IMG/VR virus record: IMGVR_UViG_2872185964_000003
DNA: 26,705 bases
DNA from: a virus
Lineage: Duplodnaviria; Heunggongvirae; Uroviricota; Caudoviricetes
Direction: 5' to 3' (one strand)
Part shown: positions 9,048 through 18,215 of the stretch, in pieces
How the letters are laid out: every line of letters starts with the position of its first letter
Numbering within the stretch: the stretch's first letter is position 1
The notes under the pieces: model-generated
What the model was told of the DNA's origin: nothing
Databases searched by the model: none
The model's input: only the letters and a program-made list of their open reading frames with translations
Made by a program: the position numbers and the translations under genes

Positions 9048-9102
9048 TGGAGCACCTCAAAAACACCATCATACACTAAATCAGTAAGTTGGCAGCATCA
9101 CC

Positions 9103-10810
9103 ATTCAACCCCATAACCATCACGAGCCGACCTGTAGGAAATGCCACCATTTTTATAATTCACACGGAATTGTACGGCAGGACAGCTACCAGCATTTATA
9201 TTAAAGTGAAGAATTAATGCAGATGCACCACCAATCAGGGCGTTATATGCACTACTATCCCAATTCCATCCAATGGATGTATCACCATTAACAGTATTAC
9301 CTGTTTGTCGGAGTGCAAATGCATTGACATTTTTGGCACTAATTGAAATATCGCTAGAACCATCAAAACCAACTCCAGCAATTTTTCGTGCTGTTTTCAG
9401 CTTTGTTGCAGTAGCGGCATTGCCGGACAGTTCCCCAGAAAGGCCACCGCTGAATGTTTGTCGATTGGTCCAGGTATTCGCTGTACTGAGTAACGGTATT
9501 TTCTCCCCGCTTGTGCCGAGTTCTCGTAAACCGAGGTATTCGATAACGGCAGCAACGGTCGATTTCGCAAGAATATCCCGCCCGACTTTTGTCAGGGTTG
9601 CCAGGCTGGCGACATCATTCCCCGTAAAATACGGAAACCTGTCTGCCGCAGTAGCAAGCCCGGCCAGCGCCGTCAGGGTGGCATCTTTCGGTTGCTTACC
9701 CGCAAGCGCGTTAGTCATGGTGGTCGCAAAATTCGGGTCGTTTCCCAGCGCCGCCGCTAACTCGTTCAGCGTATTCAGTGCGTCAGGTGACGAATCTACA
9801 AGGGCGGCAATCGCAGCCATAACGAAAGCCGTGCTTGCGATTTGGGTATTATTCGTTCCCTGTCGCGCAGTTGGCGTTGTTGGCGTTCCGGTCAGCGCAG
9901 GACTGTTTAAGGGCGCTTTCTTGTTCGTTTCATCCATTACCGCCTTAACCGCTTTCGATGTCGCGGCCAGTGTTTCAGACGTGCTGTTGGTGGCACTACT
10001 GAGCTGGACTATCCCTTTTTGTGCCGTCGTGGCGTCCTGAGCGGTATATTTTGCGTTAGCAAGGTCATACGCGGCCTTTACTGCTTTCGGCGTTGCAGCC
10101 TGCGTTTCAGACGTGCTGTTGGTGGCGCTACTGAGCTGGACAAGGCCTTTTCGCGTCGTGCTGGCATCCTGCGCAGTATATTTACCGTTAGCAAGATCAT
10201 ACGCGGCCTTTACTGCTTTCGGCGTTGCAGCCTGCGTTTCAGACACGCTGTTAGTGGCGCTACTGAGTTGAACAAAGCCTTTTGCGGTCAGCGAGGCGTC
10301 CGGGTGACGTCGTGACTGTTCATGCTCTTTCAGTTTGTCATCCACGTAATCCACTGTGGCCATCACCATGGTGTTGTCCACGGTAAGCGCCACGGTGGCA
10401 GTGCTGGATACGGTCAGAATGGTGCGAAATGTTTGTGCACGACCGGACCCTTCGGCAACGGCTGGCTTGTAACTTTCGGCAGTATTTCCCACCGCGATTA
10501 AATCGCCGTGCTCATCAAATACACCAATTTCCCGGATCCAGAATCCGCCCGTTTCAGGAGGAATAACCAGCTCCGCAATAATGCGGTTCTGATGTGTTGC
10601 GTCCAGGATGACGCGATTAACAGTATGTCGCCACACCTCATGCACCAGACGGGTCTGCTTACTGTCTGGTGTGGGCAACGTGCCGCCACCGTCGCCCACG
10701 GCCATATGAGTCAGGCGGACAGGCTTACCATCTGGCGCGGCTACCTGAGCTAATTTTTTTGCACCCGTATCGGTGATAATGGTTTTAAATTTTCGTGTTG
10801 TGGTACTCAT
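9103..10810 (-). pseudogene. H: Tail fiber protein (P2 gpH-like), C-terminus truncated by IS1
   Basis: N-terminus MSTTTRKFKTIITDTGAKKLAQ... is tail-fiber-like. The reading frame runs into the IS1 terminus, which supplies the final Trp codon and the TGA at 9100..9098. No gpG-like chaperone gene follows. Confidence 0.8.
9933..10328. repeat. Three tandem ~132-bp (44-aa) repeats inside the tail fiber gene
   Basis: Direct repeats with period 132 bp (for example TCATACGCGGCCTTTACTGCTTTCGGCGTTGCAGCCTGCGTTTCAGAC at 10065 and 10197), encoding ...VQLSSATNS.SET.AAT.KAVKAAYDLAN.KYTAQDA... Confidence 0.8.
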
Positions 10811-11342
10811 GCTTAATCGCCTGGATAAATGGTAATAACTTCACCGTCATAAGTTGCCGCCGCTGCGAAAATATCCCCGGAATTTCCTGAATGATATTCA
10901 GCCCTGTCATGTGGCGGCTGACCGGGCGGGCATCAGCAATCAACCGCTCCATTTCCAGATACATTTCCTCCGTCACGCCACTGTCCAGCGTGCCGACTTC
11001 AACGGTAAATGTTCCCGGTTCTCCGCCGAACTCCCACCACTCAGACACGCGAATGAGGTATCCCAGCGGCTCAATGGCCCGGCGCAGTGCGCTGATGGTC
11101 CCTTTGTGTCGGTGTATCAGCCATGCATCACGAATAACCTGTCGCTTTGTCTCTTCCGGCCAGTTGCGATCCCAGCGGTCAACGGAAAACGCCCAGGCGA
11201 GATAAGGCAGCAGATGCACCGGGCAGGTGTCCGGCGACCACAGCGTGTTGAGGTCTACCGGAATGTCTGTAATGCGTGTTCCGACGGCTTCGGCACAACG
11301 CATGAAATTGCTGGCTGATGGTGGTAACAACGAATTACTCAT
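10785..11342 (-). CDS. I: Baseplate protein (P2 gpI-like)
   Basis: ORF with conserved LWSPD.CP..LLPYLAWA.SVDRWD motif. Start placed at the MSNSLLPP Met; the upstream Met at 11375 is an alternative. Confidence 0.8.
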   Translation of the reverse strand: MSNSLLPPSASNFMRCAEAVGTRITDIPVDLNTLWSPDTCPVHLLPYLAWAFSVDRWDRNWPEETKRQVIRDAWLIHRHKGTISALRRAIEPLGYLIRVSEWWEFGGEPGTFTVEVGTLDSGVTEEMYLEMERLIADARPVSRHMTGLNIIQEIPGIFSQRRQLMTVKLLPFIQAIKHEYHNTKI

Positions 11343-12231
11343 TGCGTCCACCTTCGCTGATGGTGAATGACTCACAGCGCGCCGCCTGTATGTCGCTGAT
11401 GGCCATATTCTGTGTGGGTTCGATTATCTCCACGCGTTGCACACCGTGCACATGCAGTGCGGCAGCAATGGCGGACAACGCCACGTCCTGACCGATAAGC
11501 CCCTGCTCAGCCAGCCACTTCCTGAACGACGATTCAGCCGCGGCCAGAATAGGTTCGGATTCCGGGCCGGGGTAAAAGTACAGTTTTGCATTCAGCCGCC
11601 ATGTCACGATTCTGGCACTCTGTACGGTCAGGCGGTCGGCCACCGGGCGGGTATCCTCTGCATTCAGAACGGCGCGAACGGTATTAAGCAACGCCTCCGT
11701 TGCTGTGCCGTCGCCCTCAGTGGACAGGATGGAAACCGTCACGTTGGCCGGAGACGGGCTGATGGCCCGCGCATCGCGTACCAGACCGCTGGCGCTGCGT
11801 GCAAAATACTCGTATGCACCTGACGGGCCAGCAACACTCAGACCGTCATATGCCCGTTGCGCCCGTAGTCTCAGCGAGGTGTCACTTTCCATCACTGCAT
11901 CGGTGGTATCCGTTGCCGGAGTGATAACCAGGCGCTTTGTGTTCATATTGCCCGCGAGGTTGTCCAGGTCTGTCCCGGCGCTGTGGCTTAGCATGCAGGC
12001 GCGTGCACCCTCATTGACCCGCTGGCGTAACAGCATTTCACGAAACGACATGGTTTGAGCGATAACGTTAAGGGGTTCCGATTCCAGCTCCAGCGCGGCG
12101 GAAACGGCTTCACGCTGTTCGGCGGGATAGGACGCAATCATCATGGCCTTTGTGTCAGCCAGAATTGCCTCAAAGTCAGGCTCCGCGATGATGGCGGGTT
12201 CCGGTAACTGTGAAAGGTCAACGGCAGGCAT
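11335..12231 (-). CDS. J: Baseplate assembly protein (P2 gpJ-like), 298 aa
   Basis: Intact ORF, in P2 order between W and I. Confidence 0.85.
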   Translation of the reverse strand: MPAVDLSQLPEPAIIAEPDFEAILADTKAMMIASYPAEQREAVSAALELESEPLNVIAQTMSFREMLLRQRVNEGARACMLSHSAGTDLDNLAGNMNTKRLVITPATDTTDAVMESDTSLRLRAQRAYDGLSVAGPSGAYEYFARSASGLVRDARAISPSPANVTVSILSTEGDGTATEALLNTVRAVLNAEDTRPVADRLTVQSARIVTWRLNAKLYFYPGPESEPILAAAESSFRKWLAEQGLIGQDVALSAIAAALHVHGVQRVEIIEPTQNMAISDIQAARCESFTISEGGRNE

Positions 12232-12234
12232 GAT

Positions 12235-12585
12235 TTACTCCCTCAGCGTGATGGTTAATTCAACATTCTGCATGGTCTGCATGACAGTGCCCGACAGCGT
12301 CACCCCGGCGCGGCCTCCTGCCTTCCAGACAACGTCGATAGCGTCCAGGGCAATGCGGGGTTCCCATCGTGTCAGCGCAATCACGGCAGCACTCATGCAT
12401 TGCAGACGCGTGGTGTTATTCATGGGTTCGTCAATCAAATCAGGCACAAGGCTGCCATATTCCCGTCGCATAACCCGGCTTGCCAGCGGGGTGGTCAGGA
12501 TGTCCCTGACTGACTGTTTCAGGTGCTCCATATCGTTCAGGTTTCCCGTTCCGTCCGGGTTCATTCCTGTGTAGCGGGTTGTCAC
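12235..12585 (-). CDS. W: Baseplate wedge protein (P2 gpW / gp25-like), 116 aa
   Basis: Intact ORF; MTTRYTGMN...VMRREYGS resembles GPW/gp25-family lysozyme-like baseplate proteins. Confidence 0.85.
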   Translation of the reverse strand: MTTRYTGMNPDGTGNLNDMEHLKQSVRDILTTPLASRVMRREYGSLVPDLIDEPMNNTTRLQCMSAAVIALTRWEPRIALDAIDVVWKAGGRAGVTLSGTVMQTMQNVELTITLRE

Positions 12586-13162
12586 TGCGGGCCTCCTGTC
12601 GAATCGCTGCCACCTTTAACGCCACCGTGTTTATGCGTATGCACTGTGATGCCGTTTGAGGTGAAATTGCCGCCGCTGTGCGTGATATTGCCGCTCATCT
12701 TTCCCCCTTTTGTGACGTCAAGCGTCGCCGTTCTCAGAAGGTCTGTGCATTCCACGACGGGCGTATCCAGTGTCACGCTGACGGATGCCTGCAGGGTGGC
12801 TGTTTTCATGCCGCTGGCGCTCAGTGCGCCTGCGTCCGCGTCGTAGCGGAACACCGCGCCATCCGGCGCGCTGACCACGATTTCTTTCAGGCTTTTGCCG
12901 GGGCCGGAATGGCATCACTCCACAGGCTGCCAATTATCATGGCGGTTTCCGGGTTGCCGCCAATGCAGGCAATTACCACCTGTTCGCCTGGTGATGGCGG
13001 CAGCCACACATTGAAGGCTCCCGCGCGAGTGGTGTTCCAGCGCAGCCAACCTGTTTCCAGTTCGCCGCTGCGAACGCGCACGCGCCAGGACTTCTCATCA
13101 ACTTCAGAGATGATCCCGGTGCGGATGATATTGCTCAGTAGCCGCATGAGTTCTGCGCTCAC
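12582..13162 (-). CDS. V: Baseplate spike / assembly protein (P2 gpV-like), apparent -1 frameshift near 12885
   Basis: N-terminal ORF 12887..13162 and C-terminal ORF 12582..12878 are in different frames; the break is at an A/T run (A4 where A5 would restore ...PAPAKSLKEIVVSAPDG...). Confidence 0.75.
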
Positions 13163-13803
13163 CGTACAGCCTCTGCAATCCGGCCCAGCACCGTGTTATA
13201 AATCGGGCGCTCATCTGCCTGGCTGATACCCAGCAGCTCACGTACCGGGTAATCGGTGAAAATGCCCGGCGCAACCTGATCGCGCTCACCGAACTGATGA
13301 ACGCGTGCAATACGTGCGGCCACGCCGCTGTAACCCACCGTCACACCGGAAGCATCTGCACGGGCTTTCAGGTAGCGGGCGGTGCGCAGTTTTACGAACA
13401 TGGGGACGCGCTTTGTGCTGTCCTGGTTGATGCGCCGGGTGCGTATTTCCAGAAAGCGGTCGATGTCATCCCGGTAAAACGTGCGGATGCTGTTTTTATC
13501 CTCATCCCACCCGGTGATGGTTCGCCCGTATTTCCCCGTGTCGTGATGCCAGTTTTTCAGCGTGCGTGCTTCGTTATTCCAGATAAAGCGAATGCGCTCC
13601 TGTATCCGGGTTACGTGGCGTCTGCGTGGTGTCCATGCGGTCCCGTCCGGCGCTTTCTGTGACCGGATACGTGCCTGCTGGGCGCGGCGTAAATCCTGTG
13701 CCAGCTTTCTGGCGATGTTATTGATGGCCTGCTGATTCAGGCTGTCGCGGATGGCTTCAAAGGTTTCATCCACGCGAGTGAATGCCTTATCCATCGCTTT
13801 CAC
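13159..13803 (-). CDS. S: Tail completion / virion morphogenesis protein (P2 gpS-like)
   Basis: Contains ...LRRAQQARIRSQKAPDGTAWTPRR..., resembling the conserved core of gpS-family proteins; lies between R and V as in P2. Confidence 0.7.
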   Translation of the reverse strand: MKAMDKAFTRVDETFEAIRDSLNQQAINNIARKLAQDLRRAQQARIRSQKAPDGTAWTPRRRHVTRIQERIRFIWNNEARTLKNWHHDTGKYGRTITGWDEDKNSIRTFYRDDIDRFLEIRTRRINQDSTKRVPMFVKLRTARYLKARADASGVTVGYSGVAARIARVHQFGERDQVAPGIFTDYPVRELLGISQADERPIYNTVLGRIAEAVR

Positions 13804-14254
13804 CCCACGTCACATCCTGGAATACATGCGACCAGTCGCCTTCGGAAGATGGCAGGCGGGGTTTTGGCTCCAGCAGGTGTTCTGCCTGCGGTGTGCCCTG
13901 ACTGCTGCGCGTGATGCGAACGCGTTCCCGCAGGGGGAGCGTAAACAGGAGATCGGCGCTGTCATCGTCATTGATAACGGCGGAGAATTTGATGTCCTGA
14001 TTACGCTCAGGGTTGAGCAACAACTGTGGCTGATTTTCGGATAACCACGCCAGCAGCGGCAGCGTGAGGTCGTCCAGCTCCCCGGCGTAATCCATGACAA
14101 ACATCACCATCTGATAGCGGTAAACAAACGATGGGGTTTCTCCGGTCGTTTCAATGTTGCCGCTCTCCACGAAAATGGTGAATTTTTCCGGGTTAGCCTG
14201 ACACCATCGGCATGAACGGGTCATGGCTTCACGCAGGGAATCAGTTTTCAGCAT
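13787..14254 (-). CDS. R: Tail completion protein (P2 gpR-like), 155 aa
   Basis: MLKTDSLREAM...LPLLAWLSENQP resembles gpR; position matches P2 order. Confidence 0.75.
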   Translation of the reverse strand: MLKTDSLREAMTRSCRWCQANPEKFTIFVESGNIETTGETPSFVYRYQMVMFVMDYAGELDDLTLPLLAWLSENQPQLLLNPERNQDIKFSAVINDDDSADLLFTLPLRERVRITRSSQGTPQAEHLLEPKPRLPSSEGDWSHVFQDVTWGESDG

Positions 14255-14797
14255 GGTTGTTATCCTCGTTGTTCAGTCGTTGCAGCCTGCGCTGTTCCAG
14301 TAATTCAATGGCCCGTTTATCCGCGTTACAGGTTTCCAGTGCATCCAGAAGGCGGTCGCCCCATATACCGAGATTTCCCCATGTGGGAGTGTCAGGGAAG
14401 GGGGAGGCGTTACCGGTATGGTCAGCGTCTGCGGTATAAGCCGGACTGACGGCGCTGGCAGTGGCGCGTTCTGCGTGCCTGCGCAGCCTGTCAGTAAAAC
14501 GAGCGTCAGGCAAAGCGTGGGCGCATTCATCTTTTGCAATATCGTTGCGTAGCTGTTCACGTCTTACCTCTCCGTCCTGATTGCGTTGCTGATTTTCCAC
14601 GCGGAGTTGCGCCAGCACCTGCTGCATATCCTGTACCCGGCGCTGATGATATTCAGGGTGTCGGCGGTACTTTTCAGGGTGCTGGCCTGCGCTTCGTTTC
14701 TGGCGTTCTCCCGGCCCAGCGACCACGACAGACGCATGGATGTTCCCCATCCGGCAGTCAGAAGGAAAGCGACGCCAAGCGTGGGCCAGAGCTTCAT
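14241..14797 (-). CDS. lysB: Rz-like i-spanin (LysB-like), apparent frameshift near 14645
   Basis: N-terminal TM MKLWPTLGVAFLLTAGWG from ORF 14564..14941, and a coiled-coil C-terminal part (RRVQDMQQVLAQLRVENQQRNQDGEVRREQLRNDIAKDE) in ORF 14241..14750, one frame apart. Confidence 0.6.
14273..14560 (-). CDS. lysC: Rz1-like o-spanin lipoprotein (LysC-like) embedded in the lysB frame
   Basis: Lipobox LLTGC followed by a proline-rich region (APLPAPSVRLIPQTLTIPVTPPPSLTLP), nested in an alternative frame of lysB. The true start may be the internal Met at 14530. Confidence 0.6.
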   Translation of the reverse strand: MNSYATILQKMNAPTLCLTLVLLTGCAGTQNAPLPAPSVRLIPQTLTIPVTPPPSLTLPHGEISVYGATAFWMHWKPVTRINGPLNYWNSAGCND

Positions 14798-15186
14798 GCC
14801 GGATAGGCTCCGTGTGGTAACTGAAAATGCGGTCCGTCTTTCAGGGTCTTCCAGTCGCCGCCCCATTCCACCGGAATATTCAGTTCCCGGCTGGCCTGTC
14901 TGAATGCTGCTGCGATTTTTTCGTACAGCGGCCATTCCCATGACACCTGGCTGCCGATATAAGCCACAACATCCACGGCATGCCCCGTAAGGTGGCGGCT
15001 GTTCATGGTCTGGCTCTTACCCGTGGCCACCAGTTGCTTCTGGCGGTAACGGCTGCGCAACCCTTCGGTGATACCAAAATCCACTTCCGAGATTTCCAGT
15101 GCCCGTCGGGTCACTTTCACCAGATCAGGATTTACACCCTGCAAATTCTTTTCGCTCCGGCTGCTGAATTTAAATGTGTTGCTCAT
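14794..15186 (-). CDS. Endolysin, peptidase M15-type (L-alanyl-D-glutamate endopeptidase-like), 130 aa
   Basis: Zn-binding signature SRHLTGHAVDV ... DGPHFQL; located between holin and spanin genes. Confidence 0.8.
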   Translation of the reverse strand: MSNTFKFSSRSEKNLQGVNPDLVKVTRRALEISEVDFGITEGLRSRYRQKQLVATGKSQTMNSRHLTGHAVDVVAYIGSQVSWEWPLYEKIAAAFRQASRELNIPVEWGGDWKTLKDGPHFQLPHGAYPA

Positions 15187-15506
15187 TCGTCCTTCTCCTT
15201 CACCCTGCGATTAAAGGCCGCAATAACCTTGTCGCGAGCTTTCTCTGCACCCATAAAACCGATTGATGCGCCGATAAACGTCACGGCATCTTCAGGAAAC
15301 CCGAAGAAGCGCAACGACCCGGCCACGGCCATGGCAAGAACGCCGCACGCCAGCGATCCCGTTACGGTCTGAACCAGTGTTCGTCCGTCATAAAGGCTCA
15401 TCAGCGCGGAAATGCTGACCGCCGCGCCTACTGCATACACCGTTGGCAGGTGGTCAAAGAGCCACGCAATAACCTGCTCTGTGATCCCTGTTTGAATGGT
15501 GCTCAC
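15183..15506 (-). CDS. Holin (107 aa, multiple TM segments)
   Basis: Small ORF with hydrophobic helices and a charged C-terminus (RRVKEKDE), immediately upstream of the endolysin with start/stop overlap. Confidence 0.7.
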   Translation of the reverse strand: MSTIQTGITEQVIAWLFDHLPTVYAVGAAVSISALMSLYDGRTLVQTVTGSLACGVLAMAVAGSLRFFGFPEDAVTFIGASIGFMGAEKARDKVIAAFNRRVKEKDE

Positions 15507-15708
15507 TGCTACTCCCCCACAACTGAATCATTTCTCGTTTCTTCTTCTCCGGCTCCGGCATCTCCACTTCCTGCCCGGCGTCCAGAAATACCTGCTGACA
15601 GAGTCCGGGGTTGGCATCCAGCACCTTTTCGGTGACGCCCTGCGTCGTGCCGTAGTACCGGAAACAGAGCGAATCCACGGTGTCGCCTTCCAGTGCCTTC
15701 ACTTTCAT
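15454..15708 (-). CDS. X: Tail protein X (P2 gpX-like, LysM-like)
   Basis: MKVKALEGDTVDSLCFRYYGTTQGVTEKVLDANPGL resembles gpX. The 3' end reads through into the holin start; a G6 instead of the observed G5 near 15495 would create the expected stop after ...IQLWGE. Confidence 0.7.
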   Translation of the reverse strand: MKVKALEGDTVDSLCFRYYGTTQGVTEKVLDANPGLCQQVFLDAGQEVEMPEPEKKKREMIQLWGSSSEHHSNRDHRAGYCVAL

Positions 15709-16202
15709 CAGCACAACTCCGCAAAGATTCGCGGGCGGCACAGAATGTCAGAGATGGCCCAGCTCACATCACGCCACAAATCCGATGTCTGTATATCCAG
15801 AGCGTCTGCCCGGCGGTCGCCCTTGTCCGTAGTGTCTGCATCACGATAACGCTCCAGAATCAGGGCGCGCGTGGCGGTATAAACAGCATTGCGCCAGTGC
15901 CAGAGATTGACGCTTTCTCCGTTAATTACGGGTGCCGGAACATCGGCCAGCGTCTGATGGCCAGCTGCCTGCTGTTCCTGCTGCCATGCTTCCAGCTCGC
16001 GGGTAACGTGTGCCACAGCCCCGGTGGCAGTATGCAGCAGGCGGGAGGTGGTCACGCGCCCCGGCAGTCGTACCGCCAGACGCAGCTCGCGCAGCACAAT
16101 ATCCGGCCAGAATGCACCCGCTGAAATGCGGGTATCGCCATCATCGGTATCGGTGATGTCGTCCTCTGCGGGTCCGGGTTCAGTTCTGGCAACCATAGTC
16201 AT
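15708..16202 (-). CDS. L: Head completion / stabilisation protein (P2 gpL-like)
   Basis: ORF after M in P2 order. Start placed at the Met preceded by AGGAG (16202); the ORF-track start at 16274 lies inside the upstream hairpin. Confidence 0.7.
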   Translation of the reverse strand: MTMVARTEPGPAEDDITDTDDGDTRISAGAFWPDIVLRELRLAVRLPGRVTTSRLLHTATGAVAHVTRELEAWQQEQQAAGHQTLADVPAPVINGESVNLWHWRNAVYTATRALILERYRDADTTDKGDRRADALDIQTSDLWRDVSWAISDILCRPRIFAELC

Positions 16203-16215
16203 GGGGTTCACTCCT

Positions 16216-16288
16216 GAAAAAAAATCGGGCGGTGGGTGCGCGGTGTAAACGGTCACGGAGTCAAACCGGAACACCGCGCACGCCGCCC
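16216..16288 (-). terminator. Strong GC-rich hairpin followed by a T8 tract between M and L
   Basis: Minus strand CGGGCGGCGTGCGCGGTGT...ACACCGCGCACCCACCGCCCG (about 18-bp stem) followed by ATTTTTTTTC, immediately before the L RBS. Confidence 0.5.
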
Positions 16289-16305
16289 GCTGACGGGGTC
16301 AGTCG

Positions 16306-17106
16306 TTAACCGCGCTTCGCCTTCTGCGTCGCGGTGGTTTTTCGTGTTGCAGGCTTCCGCGTTGTCTTTTTACTTTTGCTGCTTTCGTCCTGCGCCTGCT
16401 GTGCGCTGGCGTCTTCTGGTTCGGCTGCGGAATCGGCTTTTTTCAGGGCGCGGGAAAGGGTTGCAATCTCGCGTTTCACACCTGCGTTCGGGTTCAGGTG
16501 CATTGCTTCGCGCAGCAGCTTCAGTGACAGGGCCATGCTGTCCGCATCACTCAGGCCACGGCGGGCAAAGGCGCACGCTTTGCATAATTTGGCGCGCACT
16601 TCGTCCGGCATGTCCTGGTCGGTGACAATCTCCCGGAGGGTGTCCAGTGGTTCGATAAAGGCGGACAAATCCGCGTCGGCATCCGTCCCGGCCTGCGTCA
16701 GTACCGGATTACAGATTTCTTCGGTCAGTACCGTGGCAGCAGTACGGCCAAAGTTATCCGGCATGATGAGGTTGTGACGGACTACATACGCGCCGATACG
16801 CAGCGCAAGCGGAAGATCGCCACAGTCAATCGCCCACACCATCAGCGTGGCAATCACTTCATCCTGCTGCCCGCCGTCAGCCTCCAGCGTTCCCTCAATC
16901 CAGCCGGAAAAATCCGGCAACAACTCTTTTTTGATGGCGGCTTTCGCGCTTCTGGCCTGTACGCCCTTAAGCCGGGCCTGTGCCAGACGCAGACGATACA
17001 GCACCTCTTCATGCGCGGTACGCGCGGCGTGGTCCACGCCTTCATTCGCCCGGCCTGCGCGCTGTGCCATCACGTTCTGCCAGTGTTGTTGTGCAGGAGT
17101 AATCAT
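16306..17106 (-). CDS. M: Terminase small (endonuclease) subunit (P2 gpM-like), 266 aa
   Basis: Intact ORF between N and L with a basic, lysine-rich C-terminal tail. Confidence 0.8.
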   Translation of the reverse strand: MITPAQQHWQNVMAQRAGRANEGVDHAARTAHEEVLYRLRLAQARLKGVQARSAKAAIKKELLPDFSGWIEGTLEADGGQQDEVIATLMVWAIDCGDLPLALRIGAYVVRHNLIMPDNFGRTAATVLTEEICNPVLTQAGTDADADLSAFIEPLDTLREIVTDQDMPDEVRAKLCKACAFARRGLSDADSMALSLKLLREAMHLNPNAGVKREIATLSRALKKADSAAEPEDASAQQAQDESSKSKKTTRKPATRKTTATQKAKRG

Positions 17107-17151
17107 TTTTTCTCTCCGTTACAGGCGGGCATGATGCCCGCCGTGAGTTGA

Positions 17152-18192
17152 TTAGCTGTCGGCGAACTTCAGGCCAGTAACCATCGCGCACTTGCCATAG
17201 TCTTCAACGACATAAGCGTCATTGATGGACTGGTAGGTGGCGATGCGGTTGTATTCCGGCTCGTCTTTCATCAGGCGACGCATTGAACCTTTCTGCCAGT
17301 AAATCGACAGGTTGTTGAACGAGGTGATCAGCATCGTTGCATCCGGGAAGAACGGCGCAAGGAACACGCCCAGCCCGCCAATGGTGCGCGATGACAGGAT
17401 GAGCTGCCCGGCGAGTAATTCCGCATTGGGATTCTGGCCGCTGATGCTGTTCAGCACGGGCAGACGCAGCGAGTTAAACAGGTTGCGCCCCATAATCACC
17501 ACGAGGTCGTCAGCTTCCTTGTGCCATTCATCCAGCAGGGATGAACGCGCGTCCTGTACCAGTGCATCAGCGTTCGCATACTTACCCGCGTGCGCCACGG
17601 TGTTGTCCATGTTGCGGGAGGTCAGCGTCACGTCATTCATAACGCGTTCGCTGGCGTCGGTTCTGATGTGCTCCAGCCAGCCCACGTTAACGTCCTGAAG
17701 CAGCTTGTTGGTGCTGAAGTTGGACTCATCCGCGTGAGACGTGCCGTTGAAACCGATCATGATGCGGTCAAGCGCCACCTGTCGGGCAATCTGTGCGCTG
17801 ATGCGGGACTGAAAATCAGGGTGTGCCGACCAGGCATCAAGCTGCGGATACGAAATAAACGTGTCGTAGTTCACCTGTTCACACTGATATTTGCGGTTTT
17901 TCAGATCAACCACGTTATTCGGGTTACGGCGTTTTGTGCCGTCATAACTGGTATTCGTGCGCGCAATCGGTCCTGTGGTATCTAGGAGGATTTTTTCGCC
18001 TTTCTGGTCGGTCACGCCGATCACGTTATTTTTTTCGTAAATTCGGTACTTTCCTTTGAGGCGTTTTCAAAACGCTGCTGCACCGCGGGTTCGCGACACC
18101 AGTGCAGATACCGGGATATTATTAAGCGACGCCTGCTGCGCCATATAGCAACCCAGCTTGTTGCGGGTAATATCTGACATCACCAGATTCAT
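17152..18192 (-). pseudogene. N: Major capsid protein (P2 gpN-like) with in-frame TGA after codon 41
   Basis: ATG at 18192 with AAGGAG RBS. The frame reads MNLVMSDITRNKLGCYMAQQASLNNIPVSALVSRTRGAAAF-TGA(18069..18067)-KRLKGKYRIYEKNNVIGVTDQKGEK... in the same frame as ORF 17152..18024. Confidence 0.8.
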
Positions 18193-18215
18193 AAAAAATT
18201 TGCTCCTTTGTCTAA

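Larger units (their letters stand above)
8335..9102 (-). mobile_element. IS1, 768 bp
   Basis: Termini GGTAATGACTCCAACTTATTGAT (8335-) and ATCAGTAAGTTGGCAGCATCACC (-9102), with InsA- and InsB-like ORFs. Flanking 9-mers differ (GAAGGACGG vs ATTCAACCC), so there is no target duplication. Confidence 0.93.

Noticed and set aside
9273-10040. 255-aa plus-strand ORF inside the tail fiber gene
   Set aside because: Antisense to gpH-like coding sequence in GC-rich DNA; Ala/Ser/Val-rich translation typical of antisense artefacts.
10019-10315. 98-aa plus-strand ORF with internal repeats
   Set aside because: Antisense image of the tail fiber tandem repeats.
9933-10328. Tandem repeats considered as a possible CRISPR or other non-coding repeat array
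   Set aside because: Period is 132 bp with no unique spacers, and the repeats are in-frame coding repeats of the tail fiber shaft.
12678-13226. 182-aa plus-strand ORF over V/S
   Set aside because: Antisense to conserved baseplate and tail-completion genes.
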